From Candidatus Latescibacterota bacterium (GTDB taxonomy: Bacteria > Latescibacterota > UBA2968 > UBA8231), in contig CBDFJF010000002.1 in the NCBI GenBank assembly GCA_965248265.1, forward strand, positions 416,001-480,000: DNA of 64,000 nt, written 5' to 3'. The notes beneath the pieces were generated by a model that did no database searches, was not told the DNA's origin, and saw nothing but the letters and a program-made list of their open reading frames with translations. Positions 51,501 through 59,203 of this stretch are shown in pieces; the first letter of the stretch is position 1; each line of letters begins with the position of its first letter. A program made the translations under genes and the position numbers.

Positions 51501-53213
51501 CTCGAGTGAGAGAGAGGCGGTGTGGGTACCGGCAAAGGCGTCTCTCAGACGGAGTGCAAGCCAATCGCCATCTGCCGTACGAGCACTAGCCCTCTGCCCA
51601 ATGTCCAAATCCCTCACGGTCACCTCTCTGCGCACTATCTCTACCAGAGGGTCCTGACTGCTCACCACCACCTTGATTCCTCTGGCTACAATGCCGCCAT
51701 CGTTCCGCAAGTCGAACAGCACTTCGACCGGTTCTCCCGCCATGACGATGCCGTCGCCGCTTGCGTCCACCAGGCGCACCCTTTCGTCGAACGTCAGGAT
51801 TACTGGCAAGTCTACCTGGGCGACGAGTTGGCCTTCATCGACATGGATATCGGAGATTTCGATACTTCGGTTTCCATCCGTGTCGAAAGATGCCGGATTC
51901 GTGTACGGTGTGAGGGCGACATACTCGACCCCGTCGAAGGGATCGGTTGCGTCCCCCCGGTTGCCGCCGTGGGTGGCGCTATAGGCTGCATCGTGCGCCC
52001 AGAAATCGAGATTGTCCTCGCCGCCATGCGGGTCTGGCACGTGGCCGAGCGGAAATCCCGCATCCGACCACCGACCATCAGCGCATTCCAGGTCAACCGA
52101 AGGTCCGTGGATATGCCAAATGAGCAGCCCTTCGGCCGGGATGCGACGGTCGTAGTAGCTGTGTCGCCGCGTGCGGTATTCCAGCAGGAAATACTCTTTC
52201 CGCCACGGCGTTACCGGCACCTTGTGCACGGCGGCAGCCGCGGCTCCTACTGGCCTCATGCGGACGGTCTGTAGCGCCTGGGATGGTTCGCTCACGTGTA
52301 TCCACCCCAGCATCATGCGGCTCCACGCCGAGAAACTGTTGGGACCATCATCGCCGTTCCAGCCATCGGCGCCCCAACCCATCAAGCCCCAGTTGCCGAT
52401 GCCGGCTGAATCGTGCTCGGGTCCCAGCGGCTCCTCGCTCCGCACAAATTTCGTGTTGTAGAGGTCGGGCAGCCCGAGAACGTGCCCGTACTCGTGTGCC
52501 ATCGACCCCACCAGGACGGCATACGAGGCCCCGGCTTGAATCGTCCCTTGTGCGGAACTTATCGCTACCGGAGTTCCCGCAGCGCCCGGGTCGTTCATCA
52601 TCAACTGACCACCCGAGTCTTCCTCAAATACTCCGAGACTGGCGATCCCCGTCGCTGATCCGCGCAGGAAGTTCGCTGGCGCCGACATCATCCCGATGAA
52701 GACGACATCCGCGACACCATCGTCGTCCCCTGAATCAGGGACTCCGTCGGGGCCCTCGTTGTCAAACTGCGAGAAGTCGATATCCTCATCAGCCTTGCGG
52801 AGGATTTCCCGGGAAAACTCGCCGAAGCGGCCGGGCTCAGTAGGGCTGTCAGACAGATAAAACTCCCGATCGCGATCCGATTCGTACCAGCGCGGAATCA
52901 CCTCGCCGTGCACCTGATGGCGACCCAGCGACATCTCGTTGTAGAAGTGGGTGAAGCTGCCAGGGTGGTTGGGGTCAAAGATCCCGTCAGCCCAGTCGGG
53001 CACCTGGCCGCCCACGGGTGCCTCGCCTTTGAAGGTGGCGAAGATCAACACCGCATTGCGGGTCTCCGTCTGTGTGGACTGGGTCGCCTTCGCGGCAATC
53101 GCATGTTGGGTCCACTGCGGCTCGTTAAGGCCGGCACAAACGAAGCTATCGGCTCGTGACTGTGATTGCAGCGTAGAGGCCAGCAGCAGACCGAGAATGG
53201 TGCGCCGGATCAT
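48522..53213 (-). CDS. Secreted M6 (immune inhibitor A-like) metalloprotease with Ig-like domains, BNR/VPS10-type propellers and a FlgD-Ig tail
   Basis: Signal peptide; HEYGHVLGLPDLY and WGLMG; many S.DGG.SW Asp-boxes; QNFPNPFN..WDGRD..ASGVYLY..KLLLLK; ATG at 53213. Confidence 0.88.
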   Translation of the reverse strand: MIRRTILGLLLASTLQSQSRADSFVCAGLNEPQWTQHAIAAKATQSTQTETRNAVLIFATFKGEAPVGGQVPDWADGIFDPNHPGSFTHFYNEMSLGRHQVHGEVIPRWYESDRDREFYLSDSPTEPGRFGEFSREILRKADEDIDFSQFDNEGPDGVPDSGDDDGVADVVFIGMMSAPANFLRGSATGIASLGVFEEDSGGQLMMNDPGAAGTPVAISSAQGTIQAGASYAVLVGSMAHEYGHVLGLPDLYNTKFVRSEEPLGPEHDSAGIGNWGLMGWGADGWNGDDGPNSFSAWSRMMLGWIHVSEPSQALQTVRMRPVGAAAAAVHKVPVTPWRKEYFLLEYRTRRHSYYDRRIPAEGLLIWHIHGPSVDLECADGRWSDAGFPLGHVPDPHGGEDNLDFWAHDAAYSATHGGNRGDATDPFDGVEYVALTPYTNPASFDTDGNRSIEISDIHVDEGQLVAQVDLPVILTFDERVRLVDASGDGIVMAGEPVEVLFDLRNDGGIVARGIKVVVSSQDPLVEIVRREVTVRDLDIGQRASARTADGDWLALRLRDAFAGTHTASLSLEVYVGEELVGVQEVMLTGVSPGLAIREVGIVDSVSDGDGKAQTGEIIHLELLLDVKAPDALAALTFDLRSLHPDAVALGSARGSVEASATTARIRSSDFMIQSGVEAGDMLGFELLVRTGSVSLRRDTVYVEVAEGGDETAPRVARLAIERAGDGLLLSMSMADIQESSEISSVNAVAYAYRDTTEIARIPLHWMESRFEAIWSDIPDGLYLLQSQAEDEFGNEGIGVFQVLNFTPVSRPAPHNTGSWRFVGPPSDHWVSANTGIAFSPSSPGVVYATTQTALWRSIDGGDSWDPMGVMLQRSMEDIFYVSPWSPLPLHGVVVDAVDPSTVYITVHPLRSRDGGLTWESISIPGTGMDVALLAVDPARGSRLYAQRDQRLWISDDAGDSWRDSGLLEQWQAVLVHPLEPHWIYAVVDDGRVFGSADGGMNWIEGGEPPGRWWSIEADPRCPDCLLAIDYESKQLWESPDNARSWQSIGKTNQPARRQGIFQVRAPRYSPFVLYDHNTWSHFARSSDGGETWKQSERRWSESLDYYGHIEDMVIDPHDPEHVMIVMQCCGGYPTGWTLSIPHSRDAFRTWSHPQLEDPAGAPASTIVFDADGRLYAGVLENVEEKAAIYVSSDAGATWMWKSNLSWKFTSLKLDLFNRGRLLGLAQGNLLVSEDDGATWIEGTSKASASPTIIADPTQRGVFYSARPGTILRSDDGGESWEERSLPEEGSVTGLALDTRDGGRLYAAIENRIYRSADQGLNWVLAGEAGQGDLLTLEAQPGTTRLWAATSEGVYNSVDNGEDWKLMHEAGQQWVFIEMVEDPAVRIPHPVRIRFDPHDSNRLFVVTPRELLETRDGGESWNSIGTGIAGYPWFNDVAVSPADPDALFVATSWGVYRLDGRETAVTQEPTAVPHDFELHQNFPNPFNSGTVVSFSIPVRAQGSLAVYNLAGQRIRMLHKSILEAGSHTVRWDGRDDEGRPVASGVYLYRLRSDGHVATRKLLLLK

Positions 53214-53274
53214 TTCGCTAAGTCCTCGTCCTCGGGGACGACGCTGCCGAGAGCCCTCCGGCACATTCCTCAGA

Positions 53275-54720
53275 CTACCGTACGAGCGACAGCTTTCGAC
53301 TCTCGGTGTAGTCCCCCGCGCGGAGCCGGTACATGTAAGTACCCGATGCCAGATCCTGTCCTGTCGCGTCGCGACCGTCCCAGCGGAGCGAATACATGCC
53401 GGCTTTACGGTGACCGTCGATGAGTGTCACGACCTTTTGCCCCGCCAGGTTGTAAATGGCTATGTCTACCCGGCTATCGAGGGGCAGGTCAAAGTGGATG
53501 GAGGTTTCGGCGTTGAAGGGGTTGGGGTAGTTCTGGGACAGGTTGAAGGACTGCGGCAGCGACTCATCGCGCACCTCTACCACGGTCGCGATAGCCGGAG
53601 TTACCCTACGAATTCGATGATTCCCAGCGTCGGCGATGAAGAGATTGCCCGCCGCATCGACGAACACGCCACCAGGACCAACCAACTCGGCCTCGGTGGC
53701 CGGGCCGCCGTCGCCGGAAAACCCCGCTGTGCCCGTGCCGGCCACGGTGGAGATGGTACCGGCCGGATCCACCTTGCGAACGCGATGATTGTCAGCGTCG
53801 CCGATGAAGAGATTGCCCGCCCCATCGACGAACACGCCAACAGGATCGTTCAACTGGGCCTCGGTGGCCAAGCGGCCATCGCCGGAAAACCCCGCTGTGC
53901 CCGTACCGGCCACGGTGGAGATGGTACCGGCCGGATCCACCTTGCGAATGCGATTATTGTTAGCGTCGGCGATGAAGAGATTGCCCGCCCCATCGACGAA
54001 CACGTCAATAGGAACGTTCAACTGGGCCTCGGTCGCCGGCCCGCCGTCGCCGGAAAACCCCCGTGTGCCCGTGCCGGCCACGGTGGAGATGGTACCGGCC
54101 GGATCCACCTTCCGAACTCGATGATTCCCACGGTCGGCAATGAAGAGATTGCCCGCGGCATCGACGAACACGTCCCACGGAAGGTCCAACTGGGCCGCGG
54201 TGGCCGGGCCGCCATCGCCGGAAAACCCTTCTGTGCCCGTGCCGGCCACGGTGGAAATGGTGCCGGCCGGGTCCACCTTACGAACGCGATCATTATCAAG
54301 ATCGGCAATGAAGAGATTGCCCGTCGCATCCACGAACACGCCAATAGGATGGTCCAACCCGGCCTCCGTGGCGGGGCCGCCGTCGCCTAACCCCTCGGTG
54401 CCTCCCCCGGCCACAATGGAGATGGTGCCGCTCGTGTCCACCCTTCGAACGAGCTGATCGTTGTAGCCGCCAATGAAGAGATTTCCCGCGGCATCGACGA
54501 ATACGTCACGAGGAGTATACAACTGGGCCTCGGTGGCCGGGCCGCCGTTGCCGGAAGACCCCGCTCTACCCGTGCCGGCCACGGTGGAGATGGTCTGTGC
54601 GAAGGCCGGTGTGCACAGGCCGAAGGTGACCGTCAGCAGAAAGGCGAGCCGGACGGCAAGGCCGGAAAAGAGCACGACACTGCAGGTGGTTCTGCGCACT
54701 GAGTGTATGCAGATGGTCAT
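53275..54720 (-). CDS. Secreted six-bladed NHL beta-propeller with a FlgD-Ig tail
   Basis: Signal peptide ending AFA-Q; six TISTVAGTG..GDGGPAT.AQL..P..VFVD.AGNLFIAD..N.RVRKV repeats; NYPNPFN tail. Confidence 0.9.
   Translation of the reverse strand: MTICIHSVRRTTCSVVLFSGLAVRLAFLLTVTFGLCTPAFAQTISTVAGTGRAGSSGNGGPATEAQLYTPRDVFVDAAGNLFIGGYNDQLVRRVDTSGTISIVAGGGTEGLGDGGPATEAGLDHPIGVFVDATGNLFIADLDNDRVRKVDPAGTISTVAGTGTEGFSGDGGPATAAQLDLPWDVFVDAAGNLFIADRGNHRVRKVDPAGTISTVAGTGTRGFSGDGGPATEAQLNVPIDVFVDGAGNLFIADANNNRIRKVDPAGTISTVAGTGTAGFSGDGRLATEAQLNDPVGVFVDGAGNLFIGDADNHRVRKVDPAGTISTVAGTGTAGFSGDGGPATEAELVGPGGVFVDAAGNLFIADAGNHRIRRVTPAIATVVEVRDESLPQSFNLSQNYPNPFNAETSIHFDLPLDSRVDIAIYNLAGQKVVTLIDGHRKAGMYSLRWDGRDATGQDLASGTYMYRLRAGDYTESRKLSLVR
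53600..54595 (-). repeat. About 168-bp tandem repeat (NHL blades), 6 units
   Basis: Near-identical DNA units such as GCCGGCCACGGTGGAGATGGTACCGGCCGGATCCACCTT and GATGAAGAGATTGCCC. Confidence 0.9.
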
Positions 54721-54768
54721 TGTCTTCTCTCCTTTGAACGAACAGCATGTTGGTGGAAAGCGCGCTTG

Positions 54769-56709
54769 CTACGGCGCGAACTTCTGAATCCGCTTGTTGC
54801 CGACGTCGGCTACGTAGATGAAGCCCTCGTCGTCGACAATGAGACTGCCAGAGAAGTCCTCTGGTCGATCGCCATCACGAAAATCGAACTGGCCATCGTC
54901 TGTGCCCCCATTGCCCCAATGCGTGATGTAGTTCCCTTCAGAGTCGAATGCCTGGATGCGTCTGTTGCCCGCGTCGAGGACGAAGATCCGGCCATCGCTG
55001 GCCACGTCGAACGACAGAGGATAGGAGAAGGCGCCCGGCTCCTGGCCCGGTGTTCCAACCGCGGTCGCCGTGCTTCCGGGGCCGAAGGGCCAGTTGATAT
55101 GCCCCTCCGAGAGCCCCGTGGGTGCGTAGAAAACCTGATGCTGATCTGGTACACAGATACCGATCTGCGGCTCCGAATCGGTTCCCCAGAGGCGCATTTC
55201 GCTGATTGGAAGGTCCAGAGCCATTGATTGGCCCGATGGCCGACTGACGCTATCCCCCCAGGCAAAGGCCCAGCTTTCCGCGAGAGAAATCAAGCTCATC
55301 GGACCAACCGCTGTGTCTGTTGTGACAGGCGTGTATTCAGAGGGCCAGGAGGAAGGAGACACGATTCCAGCCTGGACGAAGCCCTCGTCAATCTCAGCAT
55401 GCAGACGATAGGTAAGGCCAGTTGCAGCTGCGAAGGGTGATTCGAAATCTCGGGACTCCAAGCCGGAATCCGGCGGTGGGAGAATTGTCAGGGTCTTAGA
55501 GAAATCTCCCGTCTTAGATGAATTCTTAATTGCATCGAACTCTAGGTTGAATCCGAATGAAGTATGCGACGACATGGTCTGATGAAGCCGAAAAAAACTC
55601 TGCCCGGCCAGCGCGGTGTCGGCTTTCACGGCGATGTTAGCTGTAGGCCAGACCGACGAACCCGCAACGACGTCGGCTTCCAATCGTATATCGTGCCAGG
55701 ACGCTGTGACTTTTCTCCTGATCCACACGTTACCCGTAAGGCGCAACGCGCCACCTTCAACTTCGGCTTCACCCTCGATCACTTCCCATTCATGATCGGG
55801 CCCATCGAATTCATCGTCGATAAGAAGGCGATCATTCGAAGTAAACCGCACGTTGTCGAGAAAGGCGAGGTCGTGGACATGAAGGAGAATCTGACCTTCG
55901 ACCTCTGCTGCAGAGGGACCGAAGGATTCGAAGTTGTGCTCCAGCGGATGATCACGCAGCAGGGGCGCACCGTCCGCATCATAGGCCAGCACGTGTGGAA
56001 TCTGAAAACTTCTGCTAGCGTCGCTAGCGCTCTCCAAAGACAGACCCACAAGTCGCGTGCCGTCGGGAAGGATAGTGAGAGCGACAGTTTGCGGCGGTAT
56101 AGCCAGAGAAGGATTATCCAGCAACACCTGCTCTTCAATCGGATCTCCACCTGAGGCGAACGAGAGGAGCCGGACGCGGTTTTCTCCAGATATCAAGGCA
56201 AGGACGTCGTCGCCTTCCTTGTAGAGCCGGACGTATTCACCCTCCTCCATTTCGAGGGGCCAGCTGTGAAGGAGTCCATGAAGAGTTCCAGTCTTCGCAA
56301 GACCGGGAACGAGCTCATCTGCGTCGGTCACCACGACGACGTGGTAGGAGTACTCCTTGTTACCCGCCAGTCCGGTATCCACGAAGGAGGTATCGCTCCT
56401 GTCCTCGACCATGGCGGCCACCAGGGTATCGGATCCAGTTGTCCGCAGTAGGCGATAGGACGAGAAGTTCGGGTCGACGTATTGAGTCCAGGTGACCGTC
56501 GCCGATGCCGTTGCCGAGTCGAACGTCAGGTCACGAATCCCGAAGCCGTCCTCGAGTTCGCCCGGCGGAGTCAGCTCGGGCTCAAGCGGGTTGTTCCCCT
56601 TGTTGTCATCCCCGCATGCAACCAGAAGAAGAAGAAGCCCTGCCGGCAGCAGGCCAAAGCAAGAGAACGTGCCACACAGCCGGATAAAACAGTGAATAGT
56701 TGCGTTCAT
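54769..56709 (-). CDS. Lipoprotein: one Fn3-like domain, a propeller with inserted beta-sandwich, and NHL C-terminus
   Basis: LLVAC lipobox, NPLEPELTPP, Fn3 (W..Y..YR...Y.Y) and VLDAGNRRIQ/YVADVGNKRIQKF; GGAGAG RBS; ATG at 56709. Confidence 0.82.
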   Translation of the reverse strand: MNATIHCFIRLCGTFSCFGLLPAGLLLLLVACGDDNKGNNPLEPELTPPGELEDGFGIRDLTFDSATASATVTWTQYVDPNFSSYRLLRTTGSDTLVAAMVEDRSDTSFVDTGLAGNKEYSYHVVVVTDADELVPGLAKTGTLHGLLHSWPLEMEEGEYVRLYKEGDDVLALISGENRVRLLSFASGGDPIEEQVLLDNPSLAIPPQTVALTILPDGTRLVGLSLESASDASRSFQIPHVLAYDADGAPLLRDHPLEHNFESFGPSAAEVEGQILLHVHDLAFLDNVRFTSNDRLLIDDEFDGPDHEWEVIEGEAEVEGGALRLTGNVWIRRKVTASWHDIRLEADVVAGSSVWPTANIAVKADTALAGQSFFRLHQTMSSHTSFGFNLEFDAIKNSSKTGDFSKTLTILPPPDSGLESRDFESPFAAATGLTYRLHAEIDEGFVQAGIVSPSSWPSEYTPVTTDTAVGPMSLISLAESWAFAWGDSVSRPSGQSMALDLPISEMRLWGTDSEPQIGICVPDQHQVFYAPTGLSEGHINWPFGPGSTATAVGTPGQEPGAFSYPLSFDVASDGRIFVLDAGNRRIQAFDSEGNYITHWGNGGTDDGQFDFRDGDRPEDFSGSLIVDDEGFIYVADVGNKRIQKFAP

Positions 56710-56765
56710 GGTTGTCTCTCCTGTCTTTGTGTCCAATCCGCTATGGCGTACCCACAAAGACATAT

Positions 56766-56782
56766 CGCAAGCGGCGTGCCAG
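56766..56782 (-). promoter_or_regulatory. sigma54 (-24/-12) promoter
   Basis: The minus strand reads CTGGCACGCCGCTTGCG, a perfect TGGCACG-N4-TTGC. Confidence 0.85.
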
Positions 56783-56861
56783 CGCGGCGGATTCAGGCCT
56801 AAGCTGTTTGGTTATATGGGATTACGGAAAAGAAGTGGAGTCGGACAGACTCTACAACGGC

Positions 56862-56936
56862 GTCCAGTTTTCTGGAAAAATGGCCAGCAGAGTCCAGTTT
56901 TCTGGAAAAATGGCTGCTGAGTCCAGGATTCTGGAC
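56862..56936. promoter_or_regulatory. Three palindromic upstream activator (enhancer) sites
   Basis: TCCAG-N4-CTGGA at 56863, 56893 and 56922 (30 and 29 bp apart); the first two lie in an exact 23-bp direct repeat. Confidence 0.7.
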
Positions 56937-56994
56937 AGATGAGAACTCAGATGTGCGACACAACACCCATGATGTCGCGTATTCGATTGGGGTG

Positions 56995-59172
56995 CTACGG
57001 CGCGAATTTCTGAATTCGCTCGTTGCCGACGTCGGCTACGTAGATGAAGCCTTCGTCGTCAACGACGATGCTGCCGGAGAAATCCTCGGGCCGAAGGCCG
57101 CCACGAAAATCGAACTGGCCATCGTCTGTGCCCTCGTTGCCCCAATGCGTGATGTAGTTCCCTTCAGAGTCGAATGCCTGAATGCGTCTGTTGCCGGCGT
57201 CGAGGACGAACATCCGACCATCGATGCCCACGTCGAATGACAGAGGATAAAAGAAGCCGCCTGGCTCCTGGCCCGGCTCCTGGCCCCTAGTTCCGACGGC
57301 GATCGGGTCGTCGGAGGGGTCGAAAAGCCACCAGATAGAGCCGTTTGACAGGCGGGCCGGAGCGAAGAAAACCTGGTGCTGATCCGGTACACAGATACCG
57401 ATCCGCGGCTCTGAATCGGTTTCCCAGACGCGCATCTCACTGACTGGGAGGTCCAGGGCAAGGGTTCGGCCCGGTGGCCGACTGAGGCTATCGCCCATGG
57501 CAAAGGCCCAGCTTTCCTCGAAAGAAACCAAGCTCATCGAACCAATCACTCTGTCCGTGGCCCTGTTTTCAGAGGGCCACAAGGAAGGAGACGCAATCCC
57601 AGCCTGGATAAGGCCCTCGTCGATCACAGCATGCAGATGATAGGTAAGGCCAGTAGCAGCTGCGAAGGGTGAGTCGAATGGTTGTGGCTCCAAGCCGGAA
57701 TCCAGCGGTGGGAGAATCGTTAGGGTCTTGGACCGCAAATCACGCGTTGCTTCGAACCGCAGGTTGAGTCCGAATGAGGTATGCGACGTCATGGTCTGAT
57801 GAAGCCGATGATTACTCTGACCGGCCAGCGCGGTGTCGGCTTTCACAGTGATGCTGGCTATAACCCAGTCCGACGAATCCGTGACGACGTCGGCTTGCAA
57901 TCGTATATCGTGCCAGGACGCTGTGACTTTTCTCCTGATCCCCACGTGACCTGTCAAGCGCAACGCACCACCTTCAACTTCGGCTTCACCCGTGATCACT
58001 TCCCATTCATGATCGGGCCCATCGAATTCATCGTCGATAAGAAGGCGATCATTCGAAGTAAGTCGCACGTTGTCGAGAAAGGCGAGGTCGTGGGTATGAA
58101 GGAGAATCTGACCTTCGACCTCTGCTGCAGAGGAACCGAAGGATTCGACGCCGTGCTCCAGCGGATAATCACTCAGCAACGGCAAACCGTCCGCATCATA
58201 GGCCAACAGCTGTGGAAGCCGAAAACTTTTGCTAGAGCTGGTAAAGCTCTCCAAAGACAAGCCCACAAGCCGCGTGCCGTCGGGAAGGATGGTGAGAGCG
58301 ACAGTATGCGGCGGTATGTCCAGCGCAGGATTCTCCAGCAACACCTGCTCTTCAATCAAGAGTCCACCTGAGGAGAACGAGAGAAGCCGGACGCGGTTTT
58401 CTCCAGATATCAATGCAATAATGTCGTCGCCTTCCTTGTAGAGCCGCACGTATTCGCCGTCCTCCATGTCGAGGGGCCACGTATCCAGGTGCTCGTGGAA
58501 AACCCCACTGCGCTCCTCACTCTCGATCTCTTCATTCGCCGTAGTCAGTAAGACGACCCGGTATCGGTGCCTGGCGTTGCCGGTCAGTTCTTCATCCACC
58601 CAGGACGTAGTGGAAATGTCGTCGATCTCTTCGATTAGTTGAGGTGGCGCGTCACCGGTCCGTCGCACGATTCGATATGACCGAAAGCGAGAGCCGGTAT
58701 AGCGGGTCCAGCTGAGCGTGGCGGTTGCCGTTCTCGAATCGAATCGAACCTCCTCAATTTCGACCGCAGCAAGGTCGAGGAGCCGGACCGACTGAGGTTG
58801 CGACGGAACTTCGAGTCCCGCTGAGTTGATCACGGAAACTCGATACGAGTAGGTGGAGCCGGTCACGAGCGTCGAATCGACGAAGCTCGTCTCGTCGACA
58901 TCAGAAAAGATCTTGAGCGTGTCGATGACCTCTGGCATCTCCCCAATACGAATTACCAAATAGCCTGCAAACGGAACTTTGCCGTCATACGGCGTCCAGG
59001 TGAGGGTGGCGGTGCCGACCGAGTCGTCGAGGGCGACCTGTAGCTCCACAGGCGGGGTCAGCTCAGGATCGAGGGGGTTCGTCCGCTTGGTGTCGTGGCT
59101 ACAGGCAAGCAGAAGAAGAGGGACGAGTCCTGCGAGAGGCCAGGAGGATTTGGTGGGATTGGACGTGTCCAT
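56995..59172 (-). CDS. Lipoprotein paralog with two Fn3-like domains, propeller/beta-sandwich and NHL C-terminus
   Basis: LLLAC lipobox and NPLDPELTPP; the C-terminal ~500 aa are colinear with 54769-56709. Confidence 0.82.
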   Translation of the reverse strand: MDTSNPTKSSWPLAGLVPLLLLACSHDTKRTNPLDPELTPPVELQVALDDSVGTATLTWTPYDGKVPFAGYLVIRIGEMPEVIDTLKIFSDVDETSFVDSTLVTGSTYSYRVSVINSAGLEVPSQPQSVRLLDLAAVEIEEVRFDSRTATATLSWTRYTGSRFRSYRIVRRTGDAPPQLIEEIDDISTTSWVDEELTGNARHRYRVVLLTTANEEIESEERSGVFHEHLDTWPLDMEDGEYVRLYKEGDDIIALISGENRVRLLSFSSGGLLIEEQVLLENPALDIPPHTVALTILPDGTRLVGLSLESFTSSSKSFRLPQLLAYDADGLPLLSDYPLEHGVESFGSSAAEVEGQILLHTHDLAFLDNVRLTSNDRLLIDDEFDGPDHEWEVITGEAEVEGGALRLTGHVGIRRKVTASWHDIRLQADVVTDSSDWVIASITVKADTALAGQSNHRLHQTMTSHTSFGLNLRFEATRDLRSKTLTILPPLDSGLEPQPFDSPFAAATGLTYHLHAVIDEGLIQAGIASPSLWPSENRATDRVIGSMSLVSFEESWAFAMGDSLSRPPGRTLALDLPVSEMRVWETDSEPRIGICVPDQHQVFFAPARLSNGSIWWLFDPSDDPIAVGTRGQEPGQEPGGFFYPLSFDVGIDGRMFVLDAGNRRIQAFDSEGNYITHWGNEGTDDGQFDFRGGLRPEDFSGSIVVDDEGFIYVADVGNERIQKFAP

Positions 59173-59203
59173 GCAGCAGCACTCCGGTCGTCGAGACCAC
59201 TTT

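Noticed and set aside
56862-56936. 30-bp-period repeats as a mini CRISPR array
   Set aside because: Spacers are only 6-7 bp, there are three units and no cas genes; position and symmetry fit sigma54 enhancer sites.
54769-59172. Paralog pair as template and variable regions of a diversity-generating retroelement
   Set aside because: Differences are not restricted to adenines, both copies are full genes, and no reverse transcriptase is in the window.
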